64,000 bases of DNA, from NCBI GenBank assembly GCA_963977015.1, contig CAXBMO010000006.1, forward strand, positions 160,001 to 224,000, given 5' to 3'. Shown here piece by piece: positions 29,065 to 38,660 of this stretch. The stretch's first letter is position 1. Every line of letters begins with the position of its first letter. This DNA comes from an uncultured bacterium. GTDB lineage: Bacteria; Verrucomicrobiota; Verrucomicrobiia; Verrucomicrobiales; DEV007. The translations under genes were made by a program, and so were the position numbers. The notes below the pieces were generated by a model. It saw only the letters and a program-made list of their open reading frames with translations, was not told where the DNA came from and made no database searches.

Positions 29065-31107
29065 ATGCCCGTCTTCATTCTCACCATCTTCCTCAGCGCG
29101 TTCCTGCTCTTTCAGGTCCAGCCGATCATCGCGCGTTACATCCTTCCCTGGTTCGGCGGCAGCCCGGCGGTCTGGACGACTTGCATGCTCTTCTTCCAAG
29201 TCGGCCTTCTCGTCGGCTACACCTACGCCCATCTCCTCGTTTCCAAACTCCGCGCGGAACCCAAAATCCAGATCGCCGTCCACCTCGGTCTCCTCGCGAT
29301 TTCACTCCTGCTCCTGCCGGTCACGCCGTCCGAGAGCTTCAAGCCGACCGCCGATTCCGACCCGACGCTCGGCGTCCTGAAGCTGCTGGCCGCGACCGTC
29401 GGTCTGCCTTACATCTTCATCTCCGCCTCCGGCCCGCTCCTCCAGCACTGGTTCAGCGAAGCCCTCCCCGGCAAATCACCCTACCGCCTCTACGCCGTCT
29501 CGAATTTCGGCTCGTTGCTCGGATTGCTCTCTTACCCCTTCCTCTTTCAACCCGCCTTCGGTCTGACGACCCAGACGGTCTTCTGGTCGATCGGTTACGG
29601 CGGCTACGCAGTGGCGGCCGGAGTCTGCGCCTGGCTTTTTTTGCGAAAGCGACAACTGGCGGGCCCGGGGGCCGAACGGGAAACCGCCTTGGCCAGGCCC
29701 AGCGTCCGCCATCGCTTGCTTTGGATCGCCTTCGCCGCCTGCGGATCGGTCATCCTCCTCGCCGGGACCAATCAAATGACGCAGGACGTCTCCGTCACAC
29801 CGGTTTTCTGGGTCCTGCCGCTCGCGCTTTACCTGATCACCCTCATCATCGCCTTCGATCACCCCCGCTGGTACCGGCGCGCGGTCTGGATTCCGCTCGC
29901 GATCGTTTCTGTCGCCGCGCTGGCCGCTCTGCTCAATCTCGAAGGCGAGCTGCCGGTCCACCTGACCATCCAGGTCGCGATCTTCCTCGCGACGATTTTC
30001 ACGGTCTGCATGGTCTGCCACGGCGAGATGGTAAGGCTCAAACCCGCGCCGCGATTTCTGACTTCGTTCTACCTTTCCGTCTCGCTCGGCGGCGCACTCG
30101 GTGGGGTGTTGGTGAGTCTCGTCGCTCCGGCCATCTTCAACGGCTATTTTGAACTCCACGCCGGCCTCGTCCTGACCTTGATCCTCGTCGCCGTCAATCT
30201 CGGCCCGAAACGCCGCATTCTGTCCTTCGCGTTGTTCGCCGTCCTAGTCGTGTTTCTGGGCCGACACATCTACCTGCAAATCAACGGCTCCATCGACGCG
30301 CGCCGCAATTTCTACGGCGTGCTCCGCGTTTACGAACACTACGTCGGCGAGCCCGATCACCAGAAAGAACTCTACCACGGGCGGATCGATCACGGACACC
30401 AGTTCCTGACCGATCCCTTCAACCGGATTCCGTCCAGTTACTTCGGCAAACACAGCGGTGCCGGCGTTTTCTTCCGGATGCACCCGAGCCGCGATTCACA
30501 CAGCCCCAAGCCGATGAAAATCGGCGTTCTGGGTCTTGGAATCGGCACACTGGCCAACTACGCGCAGCCGGGCGACGAAGTTCGATTCTACGAGATCAAC
30601 CCCGATGTCGAGATCCTCGCGCGGAAACATTTTTTGTATCTCGAACACTGCAAGGGCGAAGTCGAGGTCGTCCTCGGCGACGGCCGCACGGAGCTGGAGC
30701 GCGAACTGCAACGCGGCGAGCCGCAGCAGTTCGATGTTCTGTTTCTCGATGCCTTCAGCGGCGACTCGATCCCGATGCATCTGCTGACGCGGGAGGCGTT
30801 CGAGATCTACGAAAAGCACCTCAAACCCGGCGGCCACATCGTCGCGCAAATCACGAATCTACATGTGGATCTGAGCGACCCGTTGCGAGTGCTTGCGGCG
30901 GATCTCGGCAAGGAAATCATGCATATCGAAGCACCGCCGCGGGAGGCGTGGGAGTTTTATTCGCGATGGATCGTGATTGGCGATGATCGCACCGTAATCG
31001 ACCGGATTCACGCCGCGGGATACGCGACCGATTGGGAGCGAAAAGAGCCGAAACCTGTGCGCTGGACGGACGACTACAGCAATTTGCTTGAGGTGATGTA
31101 TTGGTGA
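29065..31107 (+). CDS. Membrane protein fused to spermidine-synthase-like SAM-dependent domain
   Basis: Many N-terminal TM helices, RNFYGVLRV, IGVLGLGIGT, YEINP, GDGR, DAFSGDSIP.HLLT.EA, WTDDYSNL. Confidence 0.88.
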   Translation: MPVFILTIFLSAFLLFQVQPIIARYILPWFGGSPAVWTTCMLFFQVGLLVGYTYAHLLVSKLRAEPKIQIAVHLGLLAISLLLLPVTPSESFKPTADSDPTLGVLKLLAATVGLPYIFISASGPLLQHWFSEALPGKSPYRLYAVSNFGSLLGLLSYPFLFQPAFGLTTQTVFWSIGYGGYAVAAGVCAWLFLRKRQLAGPGAERETALARPSVRHRLLWIAFAACGSVILLAGTNQMTQDVSVTPVFWVLPLALYLITLIIAFDHPRWYRRAVWIPLAIVSVAALAALLNLEGELPVHLTIQVAIFLATIFTVCMVCHGEMVRLKPAPRFLTSFYLSVSLGGALGGVLVSLVAPAIFNGYFELHAGLVLTLILVAVNLGPKRRILSFALFAVLVVFLGRHIYLQINGSIDARRNFYGVLRVYEHYVGEPDHQKELYHGRIDHGHQFLTDPFNRIPSSYFGKHSGAGVFFRMHPSRDSHSPKPMKIGVLGLGIGTLANYAQPGDEVRFYEINPDVEILARKHFLYLEHCKGEVEVVLGDGRTELERELQRGEPQQFDVLFLDAFSGDSIPMHLLTREAFEIYEKHLKPGGHIVAQITNLHVDLSDPLRVLAADLGKEIMHIEAPPREAWEFYSRWIVIGDDRTVIDRIHAAGYATDWERKEPKPVRWTDDYSNLLEVMYW

Positions 31108-31215
31108 GGCGAATTCGGGAAGGCAAAAAAAACATCATCTTTTTTGTGACAGGGCCCCCTGAAAATCTGTTGCAAGGGATGCACCCGCCATTTTTGCGCG
31201 GGCAAACCTTCTCCC

Positions 31216-31503
31216 ATGCTTTCCAAAGAGTATTCCGATCTCCCCGAACCCACCACCTGGTGGCCGTCAGATGTCATTGATGCGATCTACGCCAGTCTCA
31301 CGGCGGAAGAACGCCTCATCCTCCGCGCCATTACCAATGGCGAAACAAACAGTCAGATCGCCGCTCGCCTCGGAATCGCGGAAAAGTCTGCCGAGAAGCA
31401 TATCACCCGTCTGTTCGCGAAAATCGGCGTTTCGGTGCGAACCAAGGCCGCCGTGTTTTACACGCTTTGGGCCGCAACCCACCAAGCCAGAGCAGGCACT
31501 TAA
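31216..31503 (+). CDS. Stand-alone LuxR/GerE-type HTH regulator
   Basis: LTAEERLIL..I..G.TNSQIA..LGI.EK..EKHI..LF.KIGV..RT.A. No receiver or ligand-binding domain. Confidence 0.85.
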   Translation: MLSKEYSDLPEPTTWWPSDVIDAIYASLTAEERLILRAITNGETNSQIAARLGIAEKSAEKHITRLFAKIGVSVRTKAAVFYTLWAATHQARAGT

Positions 31504-31524
31504 ATTTAAACAAAGCCTAACCAA

Positions 31525-31544
31525 AATGGGGAGATTCCCCCATT
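31525..31544. promoter_or_regulatory. 20-bp palindrome abutting a -35-like TTGACC upstream of tpsA (putative LuxR-type activator box)
   Basis: AATGGGGAGA-TTCCCCCATT (8/10 symmetric). TTGACC at 31543-31548. Confidence 0.55.
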
Positions 31545-31589
31545 GACCTTTTCTCGGATTGTCCTCCAATCTCGCAACGGGCCGCCACC

Positions 31590-34500
31590 ATGAACACTTG
31601 CCGCAATTTTACCACCTTACTTACCTGTTTTGCGCTTCTTCAATCGCCACTCGCCGTGGCAAATCCTGCCAATGGCATCATCAAGTTCGGCGATGGCGAA
31701 ATTAACTTCGACACTGAGAACGCAGTCTTCATCCACCAGGATTCCGACAAACTCATCATCGACTGGGAATCTTTCTCCATCGATCCCGGCGAACTGACGA
31801 AATTCCTTCAGCCCAATTCCTCCTCTGCGGCTCTGAACCGCGTTTTCTCGGGCGATCCCAGCGCGATCCACGGACAATTGCAGGCCAATGGCCGCGTTCT
31901 GCTCCTTAACCCGAACGGAATCCTCGTCGGCCCCAACGGCCAAATCGACACCGCCGGCTTTGTCGCGTCCACCCTCAACCTCAGCGATTCCGACTTCCTC
32001 GACGGTGGCGACATGACCTTTTTCGGCAATTCAACCGCAGCCGTTACCAACCTCGGCACGATCAACGCCATCGATGGCGGCGACATTTTCCTCATCGCCC
32101 GTGAAGTCCGCAACGCCGGAACCCTCAACGCGCCCGAAGGCACTGTCGGGATGGCCGCCGGCTCCGAAGTCGTCATCGCAGCCGAGGGCGAGGAGCGCAT
32201 TCTCATCACGCCCGATGGGCAGAACGCGTCCGTCACCAACGAAGGCGTGGTCCGCGCCGCGACTGCCGAACTCAAAGCCGCGGGCGGCAATCCCTACGCC
32301 CTCGCCATCAACAACACCGGCCTGGTTCGCGCCACCAAGTTCCAAAATCGCGGCGGTAAGCTCTACCTCTCGGCTTCCGGCGGCCGCATCGTCAATTCCG
32401 GATCGTTGCGGGCCAGCTCCAGCGTCTCGATTCGCCAAACCGGCCAGTCGGGCGATGTCGAAATCGGCGGTTCGGCCACCGCCCAGGATGAAATCACCGG
32501 GAACGGCGGAGAGGTCGAGATTTCCGGCCCCAACGTCGCGCTGTTGCCCGGTTCCAGCGTTAACGCATCGGGCAATGAGGCCGGGCAAGTCGCGATTCGG
32601 GCCACCGTCATCGGCGGCAAGACGCAAATCGGTGGCTCGGTGGCCGCATCAGCCTCGGCCGGCGATGGCGGACTGGTCAGCGTCACTGGTGAAACGATCG
32701 AAGTCAGCCCGACCGGGCGGATCGAGGCAAACGGCGCGCAAAACGGCGGTCTCCTCATGCTCGGCGTCAATCCAGCCGCTCCCTCCACCGAAATTCCGAC
32801 GAATTCCGCTGCGCTCGCTGCGAGTTCGCTCCTTTCCGCCAACGGCGGCGCAGGAAACGGGGGCGATGTCCTCCTTTTCGGAACCGGCGATGGCGAAATG
32901 TCGCTCGGCGGCATGATTCGAGTCAATGGCGGGGGCGGAAACGGGGGCCAAATTGTCGCGATCGGCGGGGACATCACGGTTCAGCCGACCGCTTTGCTTC
33001 AGGCCAACGGAGAAATTGACGGCGGCTTCATCCAACTGGAAGGCGAAGGCGATGTCATCGTTGGCGGCCGCGTCGATGCGGCTGGAGCGGAGGGAAGCGG
33101 CGGCAGAATCGCGCTCGTCGGTGAAAACGTCACCCTCACCCAGACCGGCGTGATCGATGCGGGCGGTGAGACGGATGGCGGCTTCGTCTCGATACAAGGC
33201 GGCGAGGACGGAATTGTCTCCGTAGCCGGTCAAATTCGCGCGATCGGCCAAACTGGGGATGGCGGGATGATCCAAATCAACGGCGGCGACGTCGTTGTCG
33301 CGCAAACCGGCCTTCTCGATGTCTCGGGCGGCGCGAACGGCGGCTTCATCCAGGTCGAAGCGCAAAACAACGCCACCTTCAACGGCACGGCGCGTGCAAT
33401 CGGCGGCTCCGGCGATGGTGGCGTGGTGGAAGTTCTGGGCGAAAACGTGACGCTCGGCTCGACCGCGTTGATCGATGCCTCGGGCGGCGTCAACGGCGGC
33501 CAGGTGTTCGTCGGCGGCGGGCGCAAAGGCCGGGACCCGAATCGACGCAACGCGCAAAACACCACCGTGGCGAACGGCGCGCGGATCGTCGCGAACGGCG
33601 GTGAGGCGGGTGGTGAAGTGGTCCTCTGGGCCGATGGCGCGATGGATTTTCGGGGGAGTGTTGTAGCGGAAGATACCAAATCTTCCGGCAGTGGCTCTGA
33701 AACGTCGGAATTTTTCGCAAATTCCGCTACGGGCGAAGGCAGCGGCGGTTTCGTGGAAGTCTCCGGCCTCGAATACCTCAATTTCGCCGGCCACGTCGAT
33801 ACCGGGGGCGGCCAGCTGCTGCTGGATCCGTTCAACTACACCATCGGCGCGGCGGAAGCCGGAGCCATCGTCGCGGCGCTGGCCAACAACAACGTCACCA
33901 TCGACACGACGCAAGACGTCGGCGCGCAGGGCTCCAGCGGCAACGCGGCCGACACCGGGATCATCACCGTCAACTCCAACCTATTCTACGATTCGCCCAA
34001 CGACCTGACCTTCCTCGCGATGGCCGATCTCATCTTCAACGCCAGCGTCCAGAACCGCAACGACACGGATGGCGACATCAACCTCGTCGCCGGCTGGGAT
34101 GGGACTACGGCTTACAACACGGCCACCTTCGCAGCGGAAGATGTGACCAACACCACCGTCTTCGGCAACAACATGGGTTCCGTCTTCATCGGCACCGGCA
34201 ATCAGACTCAAGGCATCGCCGTCGGCAGCCGTAGCGGAGCGACGAATGCGTTCGGTTACGACGTGAATGTGCTGGGCGCGACCAACAGCGATGGCGATTC
34301 CGGAACGACCGGGGACAATACCCGCTTCGGTCACCTGGGCTTCCGAATCACCAATGGAACCAGCCTGGATGGGACCAATCTGGGCTCCAATGCCATCGTG
34401 GACGGCGACATCACCATCCACGCCATGAATAGCCTGTCCGCCATCGCGGGCAATGACGTCGATAATTATGCGAAGGTGGGTCACGTCGGTCCCGACCGGA

Positions 34501-36569
34501 GCGGGGATCGCGCCACCCCTGAAGCGGCCGCGAGTTCGGACATTGAGATCAGCACGGGAGGCGACATCGATTTCCGGGGTGGTTCAGGTATCAGCGCGAC
34601 GGCCCAGCTTGGCCAGGGAGGGGACGCCGCGAATGGCAATTTCACCGGAACGATCACCATCACAAGAGCCGGTGATCTCAACTTCTTGGCCGGAGATGGC
34701 AGCGCCGCCTACGTGCAACTGGGCAATGGAGGCTTTGCTCCCACTGGTTCAAGCGATCCCGTAGGCAACAAGAGCGGGACGATCCTGATTCTGGACGTGA
34801 ACGACATCCTCTTCATGGGCGGCGGGGGGAGAAACAGCTACACGCATCTCGGCAATGGCGGCCGGGCGGCCCGCGGGAACAATAGCGGCGACGTCACCAT
34901 TGTCAGCGCCAACGACATCATCTTTCAGGCGGGGACCGGGGATTTCTCCACGGCTTCGTTCGGCCAGCACGGGGGAAACGGCACGACGAACAACAGTGGG
35001 TCCGCAACCATCACTCGCGCTAGGGACATCCGCTTCATCGGAGGGAGCGGGATCGCGGCGTACGCCCATCTGGGTCAGGAATCCGGTTCGAGCGGCAACC
35101 AGAGCGGGGACGTGACCATCGGTAGCATCCGGGATCTGACCCTTCAGGGGGGCAGCGGTACGGGCAGCTACGTCAGACTGGGCCAGGGAGGCGCCGACAG
35201 TGGGCCCCACAGTGGGACCATTGAGATCGGCAGCGCCAGGGACATTTCTCTGCTCGGTGGCGCCGGATCAGATACGCTCGCCCTGATCGGGCACGGCAGC
35301 GATGAATCGTCCAATGGTCACGGGAGCATCTCGATCGGCTCCGCCCAGGATATCAGCCTCCTCGCCGGGGCGGGAGGCGCCCACGCCCAGATCGGGCACC
35401 TGGGCGTGGGCGCCCACAGCGGAGATGTCATGATTGGCCAGGTGAATGACGTCACGCTTCGCACGACGAATGATGAAGCCGAAGCTCGGATCGGGCATCA
35501 GTCCGGCGGCGTCACCGGGAACATTTCGATTCAGTCGGCTCGGGACATCGAACTCGACGCCAGCCAGACGACTCACGGGACTGCCCAGATCGGTCATGGA
35601 GGAAGCGGCGATCAGGGCGGCGACATCCTCATTGAGCGGGCCCGGAACCTGAGGGTCGCAGCAGGGGTGGGATCGACCAGGACCCAGTCGAAGAAAGGAA
35701 CCTCGTTCACCGTTCAGAACCCCAGCAACGCGAGCGTCGGTCATGGAGGAGGCAACGGGGATTCGGCAGCGAATGCGTCGGGCGAAATCACCGTCAACCT
35801 GACCGAAGATCTGGAAATGACGGCGACGACGCCCAACGTGGCGGGAACCCCACGCATCGGTCACAAAGCCGTCACCACGGTCAGTCGGGATATCACTGTG
35901 GAAGTTGGCGGTGACGCGACGCTTTCGCCCGAAGCCGTCATTGGCCATGTCCTCCAGCCAAGAGTCAGGGATATCGTGGACGGAACCTATGACAGTGGTG
36001 ATACGGATCTTCGCGTGGACGGCATCCTCACCGCCCGGGCGGGCGCACAGTTTGCCAGCTCCCCGAATGGAATGCTCAACGTGCAGGTCCCCAACCCGGC
36101 CAGCTTCCAGGCCGAAGCCGGAGTGCTCTTCAACGACCTGCCCTTCGGCGGCCCCGGCAGCCCGCTCCCCGGTGAATTACTGATTGTCCCTTTCGGTGGT
36201 GCAGGCGGCGGTGGAGATCCGCTTCCGAAGATGGGGAACCGCCCGACGACAAAGGACATTCCGCCGAGCCCCGCCACGGGCGGTGGTGGAACGATCTTCG
36301 TGGAAGAAGCGGGAGGCCAATTGCCGCCGCTCCTGCGCCCTTTCGATCCGGTTTTCGAGCAGGAATCTTTTGGTTTCGACAACCCGGTGGAGTTCGTTCC
36401 CGGGTTGGATGACGACTCGGTGAGGCTCATCCCCGACACGTTCGTTCCACCCCCAGATCCGCAAACCACCCCCGAAACCGGTTCCGGCCCCGAGTTGTTG
36501 CCCGAGGAAGGCATGCAACAGAGCCTGAGCAGCGGCGAAGAGAAGGAAGAAACGGAGGCGGACGAATGA
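31590..36569 (+). CDS. Two-partner secretion exoprotein TpsA (filamentous haemagglutinin N-terminal domain)
   Basis: Signal peptide, IIDWESFSI, ALNRV...PS.I.GQLQANG.V.LLNPNGIL.G, Gly-rich beta-helix repeats, GGFVEVSG, LLLDP. Confidence 0.92.
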   Translation: MNTCRNFTTLLTCFALLQSPLAVANPANGIIKFGDGEINFDTENAVFIHQDSDKLIIDWESFSIDPGELTKFLQPNSSSAALNRVFSGDPSAIHGQLQANGRVLLLNPNGILVGPNGQIDTAGFVASTLNLSDSDFLDGGDMTFFGNSTAAVTNLGTINAIDGGDIFLIAREVRNAGTLNAPEGTVGMAAGSEVVIAAEGEERILITPDGQNASVTNEGVVRAATAELKAAGGNPYALAINNTGLVRATKFQNRGGKLYLSASGGRIVNSGSLRASSSVSIRQTGQSGDVEIGGSATAQDEITGNGGEVEISGPNVALLPGSSVNASGNEAGQVAIRATVIGGKTQIGGSVAASASAGDGGLVSVTGETIEVSPTGRIEANGAQNGGLLMLGVNPAAPSTEIPTNSAALAASSLLSANGGAGNGGDVLLFGTGDGEMSLGGMIRVNGGGGNGGQIVAIGGDITVQPTALLQANGEIDGGFIQLEGEGDVIVGGRVDAAGAEGSGGRIALVGENVTLTQTGVIDAGGETDGGFVSIQGGEDGIVSVAGQIRAIGQTGDGGMIQINGGDVVVAQTGLLDVSGGANGGFIQVEAQNNATFNGTARAIGGSGDGGVVEVLGENVTLGSTALIDASGGVNGGQVFVGGGRKGRDPNRRNAQNTTVANGARIVANGGEAGGEVVLWADGAMDFRGSVVAEDTKSSGSGSETSEFFANSATGEGSGGFVEVSGLEYLNFAGHVDTGGGQLLLDPFNYTIGAAEAGAIVAALANNNVTIDTTQDVGAQGSSGNAADTGIITVNSNLFYDSPNDLTFLAMADLIFNASVQNRNDTDGDINLVAGWDGTTAYNTATFAAEDVTNTTVFGNNMGSVFIGTGNQTQGIAVGSRSGATNAFGYDVNVLGATNSDGDSGTTGDNTRFGHLGFRITNGTSLDGTNLGSNAIVDGDITIHAMNSLSAIAGNDVDNYAKVGHVGPDRSGDRATPEAAASSDIEISTGGDIDFRGGSGISATAQLGQGGDAANGNFTGTITITRAGDLNFLAGDGSAAYVQLGNGGFAPTGSSDPVGNKSGTILILDVNDILFMGGGGRNSYTHLGNGGRAARGNNSGDVTIVSANDIIFQAGTGDFSTASFGQHGGNGTTNNSGSATITRARDIRFIGGSGIAAYAHLGQESGSSGNQSGDVTIGSIRDLTLQGGSGTGSYVRLGQGGADSGPHSGTIEIGSARDISLLGGAGSDTLALIGHGSDESSNGHGSISIGSAQDISLLAGAGGAHAQIGHLGVGAHSGDVMIGQVNDVTLRTTNDEAEARIGHQSGGVTGNISIQSARDIELDASQTTHGTAQIGHGGSGDQGGDILIERARNLRVAAGVGSTRTQSKKGTSFTVQNPSNASVGHGGGNGDSAANASGEITVNLTEDLEMTATTPNVAGTPRIGHKAVTTVSRDITVEVGGDATLSPEAVIGHVLQPRVRDIVDGTYDSGDTDLRVDGILTARAGAQFASSPNGMLNVQVPNPASFQAEAGVLFNDLPFGGPGSPLPGELLIVPFGGAGGGGDPLPKMGNRPTTKDIPPSPATGGGGTIFVEEAGGQLPPLLRPFDPVFEQESFGFDNPVEFVPGLDDDSVRLIPDTFVPPPDPQTTPETGSGPELLPEEGMQQSLSSGEEKEETEADE

Positions 36570-36719
36570 AGACACCCCAAGCGCTGATTTCCGGGTTGCT
36601 TCATCCTCCCGCATCGTTAACAATCCGCCAACACTCACAAACATCCCAATCCGCCCTGGTGGATTGACCTTTTTAGAAACCTTCCAAGGTACGTTCACGC
36701 GCACCCTCAACCTAGCCTT

Positions 36720-38492
36720 GTGAAACACTGTCTGCCCACGCACACGCCGGGCCGCTTTCGAATTGCGGTCCTCTTATTCTCGTTTTTCTCCACTGCCGGG
36801 ATGATCTCGGCGCAGGATATCGAACGCCTGAAACCACGCGTTCCCGAGGTCGAGGCGACCGCACCGGTTGCCGAGGTTGCGGATTCGGACGCGGGTGGCT
36901 CGCCAGCAAGCGCTGACGACGAGGTTTTGGGCACGATTCACGGCATCACTTTGATCGGCCATCCGGATCTGGCCTCGAAAGACACGCCGCCAAACGTGAA
37001 AGGCGTCGAGGTTCTGGACGAGGAGTTGGTCGCGCCCGAAAGCGTGCTCACGGCGCTGGAACCGTTCATCGGCGGCCCGCTGAGCGTGAAAACGATCCAG
37101 GATTTGAGCCAAACCACGGTGAAAGCCTACCGCGAGGCGGACATGCCGGTGGTCGATGTCGGGTTCCCCGAGCAAAACGTGAGCACGGGCGTCCTGCAGC
37201 TCGTCGTCGTGGTCGGCAAAGCGGGGGAAATCACGGTGGAAGGCAATCAACACTTCAAAGACCGGATTTACCTGCGCAGTTTCCGCACCCAAACCGGCGA
37301 TGTGTTGCGGCAGAGCGTGGTGTTGGAGGACCTGAAGTATCTCAACCGCAGCCGTTACCGCCAGGTCCGCGCCAACTACACGCCGGGCGAGGATTTTGGG
37401 GAGGCGGACGTGGTTTTGGAGGCGGAGGAGCGTTTCCCCTTCAGCGCCTACGCCGGTTACGAGGATACGGGCAACGAGTTGATCGGCATCGACCGGCTGC
37501 TTTTCGGGTTGGAATGGGGCAATGTGTTCGGTTGGGACCACAGCCTGGCCTATCAATACACCACGGTGACCGAATTTGACGGGTTGCACGGCCATGCCTG
37601 GATTTACCGCATTCCGATTCCGCGCTGGCGTCACGAATTCCGCGTTTTGGGTGCCTACGTGACCTCCGACGCCTCGTTTCAAGCGGCGGGCGAGACCCTG
37701 AACACCGGTGGCCAAAGCGTCCAGATTACTCCGGCCTACATCATCCCGCTGCCGGATTTGTTCGGCTACGAGCAAGAGTTGAGCGCCGCGTTCGATTTCA
37801 AGAGCACGAACAACGACCTGGAATTCGGCGGCGCGCAGGTGATTGATTCGACCGCGGAGGTGTCTCAGTTCTCGCTCGGTCAAACCCTGACGAAAACCAC
37901 CAAACTCGGCCGTCAGTTGATTAGCAACCGGCTGGTGTGGAGTCCCGGCGAGCTGAGCAACCACAACAGCGACGATGCGTTCCAGGAACTGCGCGGCCTG
38001 GGGTCGGCGGATTATTTCTACTGGAGCGGCGAGTTCACCCAGGTCATCGACCTGCCGCAAGGATTCACTTTTGTGGGCGATTTGGAAGCGCAACTCAGCA
38101 CGCAAAATCTTTTGCCGAGCGAGACGCTGGTTCTGGGCGGGGCGACCTCGGTCCGTGGCTTCGAGCAAAACATCACCCGGGCCGATCAGGGGCTGATTTT
38201 GAACCTGGAGCTGTATTCGCCGGTGATTCGCCCGCTGGAAATGGTGGGAATCGATCAAGCCAACGACCGTTTCCGGGCTTTCGCGTTTTTCGACTACGCG
38301 ACCGCGAGCAACGTCAATCTACTCCCCGGCGAGGGAGATGGGATTCACCTGGGCGGAGCGGGATTGGGCCTGGACTACCAACTCTTCCAGCATCTCAGTC
38401 TCCGCGCGGCCCATGCCTGGCAGGTGAGCCAAAGCGGGTTTGAGGACGACCAAAACGCGCGCTGGCACTTGTCTGGGACGGTAAGGTGGTGA
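36720..38492 (+). CDS. TpsB transporter (ShlB/FhaC/HecB family)
   Basis: POTRA-like region (YRE...PEQNV..GVL), SVRGF loop-6 motif, FFDY, C-terminal aromatic beta-strand ending W. Confidence 0.9.
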   Translation: MKHCLPTHTPGRFRIAVLLFSFFSTAGMISAQDIERLKPRVPEVEATAPVAEVADSDAGGSPASADDEVLGTIHGITLIGHPDLASKDTPPNVKGVEVLDEELVAPESVLTALEPFIGGPLSVKTIQDLSQTTVKAYREADMPVVDVGFPEQNVSTGVLQLVVVVGKAGEITVEGNQHFKDRIYLRSFRTQTGDVLRQSVVLEDLKYLNRSRYRQVRANYTPGEDFGEADVVLEAEERFPFSAYAGYEDTGNELIGIDRLLFGLEWGNVFGWDHSLAYQYTTVTEFDGLHGHAWIYRIPIPRWRHEFRVLGAYVTSDASFQAAGETLNTGGQSVQITPAYIIPLPDLFGYEQELSAAFDFKSTNNDLEFGGAQVIDSTAEVSQFSLGQTLTKTTKLGRQLISNRLVWSPGELSNHNSDDAFQELRGLGSADYFYWSGEFTQVIDLPQGFTFVGDLEAQLSTQNLLPSETLVLGGATSVRGFEQNITRADQGLILNLELYSPVIRPLEMVGIDQANDRFRAFAFFDYATASNVNLLPGEGDGIHLGGAGLGLDYQLFQHLSLRAAHAWQVSQSGFEDDQNARWHLSGTVRW

Positions 38493-38599
38493 GCGAACAG
38501 CGGGGCCGGTAGCGGAGGGCGTTTCGATCGCAGGTTGGGAGCCATCCAAGACCCGAAACCTGGGCTCCGTCCAACGCATCAGCCCCTGTAACCGGTCAC

Positions 38600-38640
38600 C
38601 AGATTCTGTGATTTCTCAGCTGGATTGTTGCGGCCGACGG
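38600..38640 (+). repeat. Degenerate direct repeat, copy 1
   Basis: CAGATTCTGTGATTTCTCAGCTGGATTGTTGCGGCCGACGG. 35/41 identical, ungapped, to 44150-44190. Confidence 0.75.
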
Positions 38641-38660
38641 GCACCAGCTTTTCAATTCGA

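Noticed and set aside
31590-38492. Contact-dependent inhibition (CdiBAI) system
   Set aside because: No VENN-like motif, toxin-like C-terminus or immunity ORF is seen.
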